Assembly (NCBI GenBank): GCA_964016885.1
Contig: OZ024757.1
Span: forward strand, 27,466,001 to 27,530,000
Direction of reading: 5' to 3'
Length of the DNA: 64,000 nt
DNA from: Eledone cirrhosa
Lineage: Eukaryota
Shown: in pieces, positions 1 to 14,421 of the stretch
Position numbering within the stretch: the first letter of the stretch is position 1
Layout: each line of letters starts with the position of its first letter
Made by a program: the position numbers and the translations under genes
The notes under the pieces: generated by a model
The model's database searches: none
Told to the model about the DNA's origin: nothing
What the model saw: the letters and a program-made list of their open reading frames with translations, nothing else

Positions 1-199
1 ATAAAAATATTTGCTTGTTGTATCCCAACAATTTAAATAGAACTTTTACATATATATATATATATATAGAGGGAGAGAGAGAGAATAGTGTGAAAAGCTA
101 AGGGGGGGAGGGTTAGAAAAATACAGTATAGAGGTGTAAATCAGAAGTAATATTGTTGGCTTGTTAATGTCTGTGTGTCTGTAGAGAAAGAGTATAAGA

Positions 200-253
<54 letters not shown>

Positions 254-773
254 GAGAGAGAGCAGTTATATGGGAATGAGGGATAGCTGCCCCCTATAAG
301 GAAATTCTGTGGTTATAAATTTATTGCTATTTGTTACCTGTTTTTCTGTTCTTTGCTTACATGGCTTTCCTTTATATAGCTTTTATTAGGTACCACCAGA
401 TTGTTTGGGGAATGTTTACTGTGGTAGACTAGTATCCTATCCAGGTGATGATTTATCTCTCATCACAGTATCTGTGTGACAGTACATTATAGTCTCAGTT
501 TACCCTAGCTGTCAATTGGTACAACTAGATCACTTGGGGAATGTTAACTGTGAGAGATTGGTATCCTATCAAGGAGGAGATTTATTCCTACTTTGCTTCA
601 CACCATGAATCCAAAGCAAAAACCAGTCCTTAAAAGTCATCTTATTATTTAAGAGGTTTTTGGTTAATAACATAAAGCACCAATAATGCGCTGGGGTCAA
701 TTTAATTGGCTTTTCCCTCACCCCAAATTGTTTACCTTGTGTCTAAACCAGAAATTATTATATGGTTTTGGAA

Positions 774-992
774 GGCAGTGGAATGGTAGAATCGGTAGAG
801 CACTGGACACCATGCTTTGTGGCATTTAGTTATGTCCCTTTATGTTCTGAGTTCAAATCCTGTCGAGGTTAGCTTTGCCTTTCATCTTTACAGGGTCGAT
901 AAAATAAAGTACCAGTAACACAGTGGGGTTGATTTAATTGACCTACCCTTCCTCCAAAATCGTTGGCCTTGTGCTTAAATCAGAAACCATTA
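774..992 (+). mobile_element. tRNA-derived Meta-domain SINE
   Basis: Same head, core and tail as the other copies, more diverged. Confidence 0.8.
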
Positions 993-1138
993 TTTAAGAA
1001 GTTTTGCATAATTAGACACATTCTCTACTAATCATTATAATATAGTGGTCTATAAGTAGACAGTCACATAGCAGTGCTGTGACATATTCTAACATTTGAC
1101 ATATTTTTTACTGGGGTCTATATAATATAATAATGATA

Positions 1139-1400
1139 TAATGAAAATTATTGTGTACAGTGCTCAGGTGCATTACAACTCATCAAAGGTGCATGTATAG
1201 TACATAGAATAATGTAGAAATGTCAGGAAAGTGAACAGTGTATGAGTCATTGATATACACACAGACACACAGATACATGTGTGCATGTGTATGGGCAGGG
1301 AATATCAGGTGTAGTGTTGGAGAATGTCAGGAAGCATAAAGGTTTTAAAGGATGCAGTGTCCCAATAGCTAACTATAAATGTTTGTTCCATGCTTCCGAA
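1139..1400 (-). mobile_element. LINE 3'-end fragment family (also about 12427, 47995-48210, 52519)
   Basis: Recurring ataatgaaattattgtgtacagtgctcaggtgcactacaac next to (TAA)n tails. Confidence 0.5.
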
Positions 1401-1664
1401 AGTCATGGGAGCTGGACTGTTTTCTGATTTTGTAAGAATGTCCACTCAAACACATCCTGGTAACCAGAAATGTGTCAGGGTCTATATTGAGATTCATTGT
1501 CTACAAGCTATTATTGTCTCATCGTCTATATTTAGGTTAACCAAGTACTGTGTTATTGTCTATGGTCTATATATATATAGACACTGTCAAGTAAGCAATG
1601 CTATGTCATGGTCTATATTTAGATTAACAAGTACTGAGTTGTTATCTATGGTCTATATATAGAT

Positions 1665-1842
1665 CAGGGTTTCTCAAACTTTTTTCAAACACAGAACCCT
1701 TTTTGGTTCAGAAACTTTTGGGGGGACTCCAAAGTCTAATACTGTTATGGCTGTAATATACTCCTCTACCTTTTTTCATGGAACCCCAGACATTCGTTTG
1801 CGGAACCCATGGGTTTCGCAGAACCTACTTTGGAAATCACTG
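1665..1842. mobile_element. hAT (Charlie/MER5-like) MITE
   Basis: CAGGGTTTCTCAAA ... TTTGGAAATCACTG with 8-bp TSD atatagat/atatagac. Confidence 0.75.
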
Positions 1843-1886
1843 ATATAGACACTGTCAAGTAAACAGCACTGTGTCATGGTCTATAT

Positions 1887-1938
<52 letters not shown>

Positions 1939-2358
1939 GTACCTTGACGTCTGTAGTCGTAGGGGAGGATCCTACTGCAGCACCAGCACACACTCAAAAT
2001 AGTCTATCAACGGTGGTCAACAACTCTGGTGTAGTCATGTGCGCCCATTCTTTGACATTGTTCAAGTAAACAGTACTGTGTCATGGTCTATATTTAGGCA
2101 CCTCTTTGATAATATGGTCTATAGCAGTGGTTCGGAAGGTGTGGAGCTGTGATCTGTAAACCCCTGAGAGTCTGTTAGACTATTCATTTTAATCAATAGA
2201 AGTAGTAAAAAGGTTGGGAATCACTAGACAATAGTATGGGTGAGTGAGTGTGTGTGTGTGTGTGTGTGAGTGTGCATGTATGTATATATGCATATGTCTG
2301 TGTACACATATTCGTGTATGTGTGTGTGTCTGTGTGCTTCAATGTATGTACAGGTGTA

Positions 2359-2415
<57 letters not shown>

Positions 2416-2794
2416 TCAGTATATACCGTCTAACCCATGCTAGCGTGGAAAATGGACGTTAAACGAAGATGATGATGATGATGATGATGATATGTGTATG
2501 TGTATATATTTATGTCTATATATATATGTATGCATATATACTTACAAACACATAGACAGACAGACACACACACACACACACACATATATGTATATATATA
2601 TAGAGAGAGAGAGCGAAAGAGAGTGTGTGTGTGTGTATATGTGTGCGTGCATGTGTATGTGTGTACAAATGGGTGAGCATTACCTTCAAGTCATTGAAAT
2701 ATCTGTCAGAGAACTGGAAAGAACAGAGGGAAAAAAGTAAAAAAAAAAAATAAATAAAGAAAGAAAGAGAGTAAAAGGTAGAAAGAAGGAAGGA

Positions 2795-2854
<60 letters not shown>

Positions 2855-2952
2855 GAAGCAGTGTAGTGGAAGAAGTTGCAGTCATGTCATAAGACAGAAC
2901 CAAGTAGTGAGTGATTGAGTGATGCAGTAATGGTGTGGTGGGTGAGATCGGG

Positions 2953-3008
<56 letters not shown>

Positions 3009-3017
3009 GTAAGTATA

Positions 3018-3069
<52 letters not shown>

Positions 3070-3079
3070 TATGTATAAG

Positions 3080-3171
<92 letters not shown>

Positions 3172-3349
3172 TATATATATATATGTTTATATATATATAT
3201 ATATACTTATACTTATATATATATATATATACACACATATATATATACATATATATATACACATATATATACACATATAAACATACACACACTGAAGTCA
3301 AAGAAATATCCAAAATCATTAATAAAAAGAATATTTAAGTTGAACACGG

Positions 3350-4200
3350 TAGCATCATGGTGGTCTGTGGAGTGAGGTGGTGTTGGTGGTGGCGATGTGG
3401 TAGTGGAGGTGGTGGTGATATCATGGTGGTATGGGGGTGATGTGGTGTTGGTGTTGGAACAGTGGTTATCAGGTGACAGTGGTGTTGGTGGTACCTTGGT
3501 AATGTTGTGGTGTGGTGTTGGTGGTGGAACAATGGTTATCTGGTGACAGTGGTGATGGTGGTACTGTGGTAATGTTGTGGTGTGGTGTTGGTGGTGTAAC
3601 AGTGGTGATGGTGGTACTGTGGTAGTGTTGTGGTGTTGGTGGTGTTGGTGGTGGAACAATGGTTATCTGGTGACAGTGGTGATGGTGGTACTGTGGTAAT
3701 GTTGTGGTGTGGTGTTGGTGGTGTAACAGTGGTGATGGTGGTACTGTGGTAGTGTTGTGGTGTTGGTGGTGTTGGTGGTGGAACAATGGTTATCTGGTGA
3801 CAGTGGTGATGGTGGTACTGTGGTAGTGTTGTGGTGTGGTGTTGGTGGTGTAACAGTGGTGATGGTGGTACTGTGGTAGTGTTGTGGTGTGGTGTTGGTG
3901 GTGATGGTGGTACTGTGGTAGTGTTGTGGTGTTGGTAGTGGAACAGTGGTTGTCTGGTGACAGTGGTGTTGGTGGTACTGTGGTAGTGTTGTGGTGTGGT
4001 GTTGGTGTTGGTGTTGGTGTGATGGCATCTAGTGGTGGTGGTGTGGTGGTGATATCATGGTGTTGTGAGGGTGATGTGGTGTTAGTAGTGGAACAGTGGT
4101 AATCTGGTGATAATGGTGAGGGTGGTACTGTGGTAGTGTCGTGGTGTGGTGTTGGTGTGATGGTATCTAGTGGTGGGGATGTGGTGGTGTGGTGAGTATG
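3350..4200. repeat. GGT-rich compound minisatellite
   Basis: Recurring cagtggtgatggtggtactgtggtagtgttgtgg units. Confidence 0.85.
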
Positions 4201-4357
4201 CTCATGTGATAGAGTGACCTCTTCATATGACAGCTGTGTGCAGGTCAATGGTAAGATAATAAACTAGAGGTAGTGTATTAGCTTGGAATGGTGGTGGTGG
4301 TAGTGGTTGTGGTGGCAGTAACCGGCATAATTCATGTGTATATATTATTGATCATTC

Positions 4358-4422
<65 letters not shown>

Positions 4423-4545
4423 GTATATATATATATATGTGTGTATATATATATACATAAATGTGTGTGTGTATATATATATGTGTGTGTGTGTATGAGT
4501 GTGTGTGGTTACATACATACATATATATATATATCATCATCATTT

Positions 4546-4585
<40 letters not shown>

Positions 4586-5039
4586 ATACATACATACATT
4601 CATATATAGTTTCATCTTTGCTGGTTCATGATCACTACATAAGTGTGTATGTGTGTGCATGTTTATGTGTGTTATATTTATAGTATAATATGGATTATAT
4701 GACATAAGGAGAGAAAACTTATTATAAAGTTGAGCGAAGTATATCATATATCATTTATATATTTTATATACAAGTCGTGGGAGGGTGGAGGGGCATACAT
4801 TTTTGGAAGCAGAATCTTGGGGGCAAGAGGGGACATCACAGTTTGGATGCAGCACTTTTTGGGGGTGGCTCAGTGGAGGCCTCACTTTTTTAGGTGGCAC
4901 CATTATTTTATGTTTGATGTGTGTAGTGTTGTGTGTTTTTCATAAGGGATGAGGTTGGGGCCAAAAAAAGCCCTGTCCCATGAGGCACACAGGTCAGGCT
5001 AATCTACTGAGTGTTTGAAGCAATGACAGAAGAAATGAA

Positions 5040-5895
5040 GATAGGACCCTGATTCCTTCGGAGAAGTTGCCTTGCTCAATAGAAGTAAATATATACTCCA
5101 TAAACTAAAGCGAGTAGGCATAAACTCTATATGGTATACACAATGTAAATCTTGGGTACACAAGAGATGTAGTGGGGTAACAAGTAGACTAACAGGAAAG
5201 GAAGACTATTTATAGAAGATGTACAGGGGTAACCAAGGGAAAGACAGCCAGTGATGTAAGCCTATTCCAGTTGCAGGAAGGATCCATAGAAGTGGTTGAT
5301 ATCTTCTATCTAGGCAACATAATTAACAATGGAGGAGGGTGCACTGAGAGAATAATATTTTGATAAGGATAGGATGGAAAAAGTTTAGGGATCTACTCCC
5401 ACTGTTGACCACAAAAGGTTTCTCCCTATACACAAAAGTGTGACTTTATGGCACATGTGTGCGAAGTGCAATGCTATAAGGTAATGAAACATGGCTGTGA
5501 CTGGAGAGAAACGAAGCAACCATGCTCCATTGGATGTGCAATGTAAGTGTGAGGGAAAGGCAGAGCTTGGACAAGTTGAGGGAGAAGCTGGGATTAAGAG
5601 TAATCTGAGGTGGTGTGCAGGAGAAAAGACTGCATTGGTATGGACATGTGATGTGCATGGACAATAATCTTTGAGTGAATAAGTGCCAGGAAATACCAGT
5701 GGAAGGAAGCCACAATAGAGGTAAACCACGAAAGACCTGGACAGGGGTTGGGAAAGATGACCTTAAATCACTGAGTCTCACAGAGGAGATGACAAAGGAT
5801 CAAAACAAGTGGAGAGATCCTGTGCTGAGAAGGACCCATCCAACTCATACAAGCAAGGAAAAACCTACATAAAAATGATAATGATGATGATGATA
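5040..5895 (+). mobile_element. Degraded RTE-clade LINE 3' fragment
   Basis: FYLG, GWKKFRDLLPLL, VRSAML.G.ETW, WYGHV, RGKPRKTW and an (ATG)n tail; many stops. Confidence 0.75.
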
Positions 5896-6083
5896 TATAA
5901 GTAGATAAATATATAAATAAATAATTAACTAGATAAATAAGTAAATATTGTGGAGTTGGGAAGGGGGTGGTAAAAGAATGGAGAGAGAAAAGAATCAACA
6001 AAAAATGTAAAGAAACGAAGAGCAAAAGTTAAACAGGGATTAACTAGTCTGTTTTAACCTGCTTTTATAGACTCGTACATATG

Positions 6084-6133
<50 letters not shown>

Positions 6134-7080
6134 TATATACACATGCATACATACTTACCAACACACTCATGTACACAGACACACATACATATATATATAT
6201 CATATATACAAACACGTGCACACACACACACATACATACATATATATATATATACACATATACATATATATTATACACACACATATATGCAAGAAACAGT
6301 TGGGAAATAAATACAAGATTAAATTCATTCTCTCGCCATTCAATCTGTAAGCGTATGTGTGTGTTTATATGTAAACACAAGTACATATGTGTGTACGTGT
6401 GTGTGTGTGTATCATTTTCTCACTTGGCTTACATGTACATCTCTCTTTCACTTTTTTCTTTTTCTACCTCCTCTCTCTTCATCACTCTTTCTCTTTCTCT
6501 CCCTCTCTGTCATTTTTCTTCTGTACCTACCCCTCTCTCATTCTCTCTTCTCTCCTTCTATCTCACTTTCTTTGCTTATATGTACATCTAAATCATTCTC
6601 TCTTGCTCTCTTCCTCACTCCTTTTCCCTTCTTCTCTGTCTTTCTCCTTTACTCTTCTCTCATATCTCCCCCACTTTCTGCTATATTCTCTCAGTCTATC
6701 TGTGTGTTTCACTATTTATCTCCCCCTCTATCACTCTCGCTTTCCATGACCTTATTTTCTTGGTCTATATATTCACCCCTCTCTCACATCTCTCCTTCTC
6801 TCCCACTAAACATCTCTCGTTATTTTCTCTCTCCCCTTCCAGTCAGCTCTTCCTCTTCCCTGCCATCCACCCCACCCCCACCATCATGGCCCACACCCCA
6901 CCTTAAAGAGTTACCCAATTTGGTAAGTAACTTACCAAGATGATAATAATCAATACAATATAAAGAGGATTGGAACAGAGCTGTGTGGCTTAGATGAGCA
7001 AAGTCAGGATTAGCACATTACACTCAGCCAATATATATACATATATATATGTGTATATATGTGTATATATACATGTATAT

Positions 7081-7532
7081 CATCATCATCATCACTGTTT
7101 TACGTCCGTTCTTCCACGCTAGCATGGGTTAGACGGGTTGTCCTGTTGTGGGCAGTGTCTGGTCGGCTGACCATGCCTTGCTCATACAGGAACTGATTTG
7201 GCTTCATTTCTACAGCTGGATGCCCTTCCTAACACCAACCTCATTTACAGTGAGTGCTGGGTGCTTTTTCATGGCGCCTACACGTCCACTTTACAGTGTG
7301 GGCTGGGTGCTTTTTCATGGTGCCTACACGTCCACTTTACAGTGTGGGCTGGGTGCTTTTTCATGGCGCCTACACGTCCACTTTACAGTGAGTGCTGGGT
7401 GCTTTTTCATGGTGCCTACACGTCCACTTTACAGTGTGGGCTGGGTGCTTTTTCATGGTGCCTACACGTCCACTTTACAGTGTGGGCTGGGTGCTTTTTC
7501 GTGGTGCCTACACGTCCACTTTACAGTGTGGG

Positions 7533-7535
<3 letters not shown>
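7081..7535 (-). mobile_element. RTE-tail short retroposon with internal 46-bp tandem expansion (about 6.3 units)
   Basis: Tail ctaacccatgctagcgtggaa..acgt..(atg)n; unit tttacagtgtgggctgggtgctttttcatggtgcctacacgtccac at 7244-7535; near-identical unexpanded copy at 40848-41035; relatives at 7950-8330, 17835, 23135, 52315. Confidence 0.7.
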
Positions 7536-7573
<38 letters not shown>

Positions 7574-7587
7574 CGTGTGTGTGTCTG

Positions 7588-7622
<35 letters not shown>

Positions 7623-7632
7623 GAATATATAT

Positions 7633-7817
7633 AATTGTTTCTACTTTTGCCACAAGGCCACCAATTACCCAGTGCATTACTGGTACTTTATTTTATCGAC
7701 CCCGTAAGGATGAAAGGCAAAGTTAACCTCGGCGGGATTTGAACTCAGACCATAAAGGGCCGTAACTCTTTGCTGCAAAGCATGGCATCCGACCCTCTAC
7801 CGATACTGCCAATCCTT
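7633..7817 (-). mobile_element. tRNA-derived Meta-domain SINE
   Basis: Near-identical to the 37896 copy. Confidence 0.85.
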
Positions 7818-8479
7818 CCCTTCTATATAATATAATATAACATACAGTCAGTAGGCACCTCTATCAAAACACACCCCCGTCCCACCACCTCCACCCCACC
7901 CACACCGCCCCTTTCAATGTAAAGTTATGTTGGTCCCACAACATCCAGGCCGAAACAAATGAGATCGTGTAGGTGTCACGACAAAAAAACACACAGTCCA
8001 CGCTGTAAATGTGGCCGTGTAGGCAACACGGTAAAAACCTCCCAGCCCCACACTGTAAATGTGGTTGGTGTTAGGAAGGGCATCCAGCTGTAGAAAACCT
8101 GCCAGACAGTCCACGCTGTAATGTGGCCGTGTAGGCAACACGGTAAAAACCTCCCAGCCCCACACTGTAAATGTGGTTGGTGTTAGGAAGGGCATCCAAC
8201 TGTAGAAAACCCGCCAGACAGTCCTATGCGAGCAAGACAACCACTCTTGCCTCAAGTGGGAAAACCCCCGTCCAAACCCATGCAAGCGTGGAACACGGAC
8301 GCTAAACCTGATGATGATGATGATGATGATGATATATATATATATATATATATATATCATCATCATCATTTTACGTCCGTTTTCCCTGCTTGCAAGGGTT
8401 GGACGGGTCCTATTCAGCATAGCCTCTCATATACACACATATGCATAGTCTCCTATCAATCTATATATATATATGTATG

Positions 8480-8678
8480 TAGGAACGAGTAGGACCCCGA
8501 CGGCTGAGCTCAAGCCGTTTCGACGGCTAATTCTAGACTAGTCCAGAATTAGCCGTCGAAACGGCTTGAGCTCAGCCGTCGGCGTCCTACTCGTTCTTAT
8601 TACCCACTCTACTACCCTAAGTATTGAGTACTTTGGTGCGTTATGGTCCACCTGGTTCCTTACCACATTTCCTTCGTT
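8480..8678 (+). repeat. Palindromic element in (TA)n (inverted copy at 23741-23932)
   Basis: Arms of about 60 bp at 8480-8599, containing GAAA-cggct(tgagctc)agccg-TC. Confidence 0.75.
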
Positions 8679-10850
8679 ATATATGTATGTAGAGAGAAAA
8701 AAGGAGGGTGGGATATCATCATCATCAGTTGTTTCAAGTGTTGGTGGTAAAGGTATCCAACACCTGCTGTAAAGTGGTTGTTCATATGGAGGGAATCCAG
8801 CCATCAAATATCTGCCAAACAAAACATCAGGATCCCTCTTCAGCTGTATCAAAGACATGAAGAACCTCCTTGGTGCCACTGCCAAAACATGATACACTTA
8901 GTAGAGCACAGAAATTAATGTAAGCAAGATGTATGTCCACACCTCCCAATGGCCGATCTGAGAGGTCAGTAGCCTCACTTGAGAAATAACTTGGTCTGTG
9001 AAGACATGTCCAAACCTTGGTAGCAGGGAAGACATACATTAAATGATGTTGAAATGATGACATCAATGGCACAATAAAAATGAATCCCAGAGCTCTTGTT
9101 TTTAAATATATGTAGTGTTGTTGTTATTTGAAATAAATTTGTTTATGATTCTTTTGAATTTTATTAATAAAACATTCAAACCTCCATAACTATAAAGAGA
9201 TTTGTGATTAGAAGGACATCCAGCTGTAAACTAAAAATAATAAATAATTCCAAAAATAAGAGGAAGGAATTATATAAGAAGATATAAACACTGCAACCTA
9301 TCTAGAAGAGCAGTGACAACTTTATTTTTTATCTTTTTCTAAAGACTAAAATCTATCTCAAGGCCAGAAGCTCCTTAGGCCAGTGCTTACCACAGTTTAT
9401 GTTGTGTTCAGCAATTGAAAGTACAAGACTTAACCCTAGACAAGACACTAGTTCATTACAGAGTTAAACCCCAAGCTATTGCTGGTACTCATTTTCAGCT
9501 GAGTATCCTGGAGCAACATAAAATAAAGTGTTTTGAGGAATCGAATCCACAACATTATGATCATAAGTCCAACACACTTACCACTAGGCTACATGCCTTC
9601 ACTTTTCATCTTTTTGGGGTGGGATAAAATACAATTACCAGTCAATTATGTGGTGGGAAGTGGGATGAGGGTGATGTTTTATATAATACAACCTGCTCCC
9701 ATTCCAGAAAATAAAAATACAATGAAATAAATAAAATACACATTTTTGGGCTTCTATCTTTGTAAGAAATACTTTGTGGGTTACTGACTGCAACTTAAGA
9801 TCTGTAGATATGAAGATTGTGTGTTGTATGATGGGAAGGTGGATATGGTGCAGTGAAAAACAACTGGAAATACTGGCAATTGTAGGTTCAAATCCTCAAG
9901 ACTACTGTACTACCCATGCTAACATCAATTTGGTCTTCTTTTTTTTTCTTCGGAGTTGGTGGAATATATACCACTAGATTCACATACAAGAGTGTGTCTG
10001 TGAAATATATACACATAAACAATGTCCGAACACAAAGGAACCAAACTTCGACTGTCACTATCTCTCACTATTTTGAGCAAATGGGGGCCCCGGGTGCTGG
10101 TAACCCCACGGTCCCGGCAGACAGAATGGAGAAGGCTTTTTCCCCCGAGGATGGTGAGGGAGATAAGCTGGAAGAGCCATTCCAACTCATAAGGTTCACA
10201 CCTGCAGGTAGCTAACTCTGTGCCAATGGCGGTGAGCAGGGAGGTGGCCCTAGTGCTGGGAAGGAACTCCCATCAACACTACCACCATCACCATCATTCT
10301 CATACTTTTCTTCCTCCTTTCAATCATCATCATTATCATCAGCAACAACACCACCACTGCCACCATAATTATCATCATCATCATCATCATCACTGCCACC
10401 ATCACCATCACCATCGTCATCAGCCCAGCCACCACCAACACTATCAGCATCATTGACCTCTTCCCCCTCATCATCATCATCATCATTATTATCATCATCA
10501 TCATCACTGCCACCATCACCATCACCACCAGCAAACCACCACCAACACCACCAACACCATCATCATCATCATCATCGTCCACTGCTGTTATTATCTTTCA
10601 TCTATCCTTCCTGTCCATTCACACTGGACATTAGTTTGGGCAGGAAGGGGCAAGGTGGAGGATGGGTCGATGTGGGTTTTACAAGCCATTAGTGGATTTT
10701 TAAATACCATATATTTGTGTGTGTGTATACATATACATGTGCATGAGTTTGAATAAGTGTGTGTGTGCGTGTATATATGTATGTGTGTAAACGTGTTTAT
10801 ACATGTATCTGTGTGTTTTAAATACCATGAATTTATGTGTGTTTGTATGA

Positions 10851-10898
<48 letters not shown>

Positions 10899-10906
10899 TA
10901 TATATG

Positions 10907-10937
<31 letters not shown>

Positions 10938-11349
10938 AAAAATTAAATATATTATATAGATATATATATACATATATATATAATATATTTAATTTATATA
11001 TATACATACACACACACATATATATATATATGTGTGTGTGCGCGCGCATGTGTATGTGTATGAACATGTAAGTGAGCAACTGTATGTGTATGTGTGCGTT
11101 TGTGTGATGTAGAAATTGTGGGTCCCCAGGGTATCACAGAACTTACAGATATAAGATAAAAGAAGATGAAGGAGATTAAGTGAGGGGTAGTGGTGGTGGA
11201 GGCAGGCATGGGGGAACAACATAACAGAGAAGGGGATGGGTAGGTAAATATCAATTTATGAAAGTGGGGGTATGGTGTGTATAGGGGAGGGTGGTCTAGG
11301 GATAGGGAGTTAAGAGAATTTTGTTGGGTATTTTATACCATTAGAATCA

Positions 11350-12290
11350 TGTGGTGGTGTGGATGATTGTGGTGGTGGTGGTTGTGATGGTTGTGATGGT
11401 GATGGTGGTGTGTTGGTGGTGTGTCAGTGGTGTGTTTGTGGTGATGGTGGTGGTGGTGGTGGTGGTGGTGATGTGGATGATCATGGTTGTGGATGTGGTG
11501 TGTTCGTGGTGTGTTCGTGGTGGTGGTGGTGGTGGTGGTGTGGATGATTGTGGTGGTGGTGGTTGTGACGGTTGTGATGGTGATGGTGGTGTGTTGGTGG
11601 TGTGTTTGTAGTGGTGGTGGTGGTGATGTGGATGATCATGGCTGTGGAGGTGGTGTGGATGACTGTGATGGTTGTGGTTGTGGTTTGGGTGGTGGTGGTG
11701 GAGGTGGTTGTGGTTGTAGTGGTTGTGGTGGTGGTGGTGGTGGTGTGGATGATAATGGTGGTTGTGGTTGTGGTGGTAGTGGTTATGGTTGTAGTGGTGT
11801 TGGTAGTTCTGTGGATGATCGTAGTGGTTGTGGTGGTGGTTGTTGTGGTGGTGGAGGTGGTTGTGGTTGTAGTGGTTGTGGTGGTGGTGGTGGTGTGGAT
11901 GATAATGGTGGTTGTGGTGGTAGTGGTTATGGTTGTAGTGGTGTTGGTAGTTCTGTGGATGATTGTAGTGGTTGTGGTGGTGGTTATTGTGGTGGTGGAG
12001 GTGGTTGTGGTTGTAGTGGTTGTGGTGGTGGTGGTGGTGGTGTGGATGATAATGGTGGTTGTGGTTGTAGTGGTAGTGGTTATGGTTGTAGTGGTGTTGG
12101 TAGTTCTGTGGATGATCGTAGTGGTTGTGGTGGTGGTTGTTGTGGTGGTGGAGGTGGTGGTAGTGTGGATGATAATGGTGGTTGTGGTTGTGGTGGTAGT
12201 GGTTATGGTTGTAGTGGTGTTGGTAGTTCTGTGGATGATCGTAGTGGTTGTGGTGGTGGTGGTGGTGGTTGTTGTGGTGGTGATGCAGTG
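11350..12290. repeat. (GGT/TGT) compound tandem repeat with higher-order units
   Basis: Recurring gtggatgataatggtggttgtgg...gttctgtggatgatcg. Confidence 0.85.
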
Positions 12291-12821
12291 GTACTAATAT
12301 ACCATTTCTGATTGTAATGGTGTTGGAGTGGTAATATTGGTACAGTAGAGTGGTACCACTATCCCACATTTATAGTTGTAATGGTGGTGGAATGGTAATG
12401 TACTAATAAAAATATAATAATAATAATAATGAAATTATTGTGTACAGTGCTCAGGTGCACTACAACTTGTATTTGTAGTTGGGTGGTAATGTTGGTACAG
12501 TGGTATTAATATACCAGTATTTATTGTTGTAATGGTGGTTGTGTCAGCAGTGGTGGTGGTGGTGGTACAGTTAACTCTAAATACTATTACTGATTATTCA
12601 GATGGTGGTGGCAGAGGTAAAAGGTTAGGTAGTAGCAGTGGTGGTGATGATGGTGGTGGCAGTGGATGTAGTGTTGGTGGTACACTGGTAGTTCAATACC
12701 ATTTCCATTACTTATAGTTAAGAGGAGAAGTCAAAGAAACGAAAATATATCAAAACTAGAGAACCTTGTTGGACTGACATTTTAGTGAAGGAAGAGGTCG
12801 GTAGACATCTCTGTATGTATG

Positions 12822-12891
<70 letters not shown>

Positions 12892-12926
12892 TATATATAC
12901 ACACACACATATATATATATATACAA

Positions 12927-12970
<44 letters not shown>

Positions 12971-13067
12971 ATATAAGATACACACACACACATATATATA
13001 TATATATAAGATACACACATATATATATATATATATATATTTTATATATATATCATATATATATATA

Positions 13068-13124
<57 letters not shown>

Positions 13125-13561
13125 AATAATATATACAGAGAGACATCTAAGCATGGGAAAGGGAGAGAGATTAAGAGTCAGAGATGTAGAGAAAGAGAGA
13201 GAGAGGGTGTGTGTGTGTGAGAGAGAGAGAGAAGGAGAGAGAGAGAGAGAGAGAGAGAGAGGCAGACAGATAGACAGACTATCCTACTTCTAGACAGACA
13301 TGTAGAGAAGAACCATCCTGTTTAGTATCCTTCAATCTATCCATTATTCCAATCAGAAATAGAAACTCTTTCATAAAACAGTTCCTCCAATTACCCCATC
13401 TATGTCTCTCTCTTCCATTCTATTCCAGTTCAGTTCTATCAATAGATTCCCTTTTATTCACTAAAACTCATTCCATTATTCTTGCAATTCTTTAATTCTT
13501 TACTTTGTTGATTCCAACCTCTGTGGTTCAAGTTAATTCTGAAATCATATATATATATATA

Positions 13562-13639
<78 letters not shown>

Positions 13640-13934
13640 TATATATATATATAGCTTTATCGTATATATTATATATAGAAATGACTTCTACAAGACTAGT
13701 ACTGATTTCATACAAATGAAACAGTTCTAGTCCTGTAGAAATCGTTTCTATTTAAAATAAAGATGTCTATACTCTACCAATGTATTGAGTAACCTTTTTA
13801 ACTGTGATTATCTGATCTGAGTTCAAATCCCGCCGAGGTTAACTTTGCCTTTCATCCTTACGGGGTCGATAAAATAAAGTACCAGTAATGTACTGGGTAA
13901 TTGATGGGCCTTGTGCCAAAAGTAGAAACAATTA

Positions 13935-13992
<58 letters not shown>

Positions 13993-14370
13993 AATACATA
14001 TGTCCACTACCACTAACACATGGATATACACCTACACTCATTATTTTTGTTCCTTTACACAATTTACGTTTAAATCACACACATTTAAACTTACACTTAC
14101 ACTCATACATATAACGATACTAATACACACACACACTCCACTTTGTGTTCCTACTCATTACCAAGGCTACCTAATGGGTTTTTTTCCCTTTCCATTTTCG
14201 TTTTTTTTGTGTCTTTACTAGACATTCTTTCTGTCTCTCCATTGTGATCTTGTCTCTATTTGTACTCCTGAAGAAGGGCTTACACTCGACACCTTGAACT
14301 TTCTTTCCTCTTTCCAATATAAAGGGTGAAACTAATAAGACTTTTTGTACCTCTGTTTGTTGTCTTCTTG

Positions 14371-14421
<51 letters not shown>

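Noticed and set aside
2244-3338. Many YIYI/VCVC ORFs here and throughout the window
   Set aside because: (TA)n and (TG)n microsatellites lack stop codons
7244-7535. CRISPR-like regular repeat
   Set aside because: Head-to-tail units without unique spacers; eukaryotic context; no cas genes
11347-12369. His-rich and Gly/Cys-rich ORFs resembling cephalopod beak or keratin-associated proteins
   Set aside because: GGT/TGT simple repeat open in multiple frames; no signal peptide
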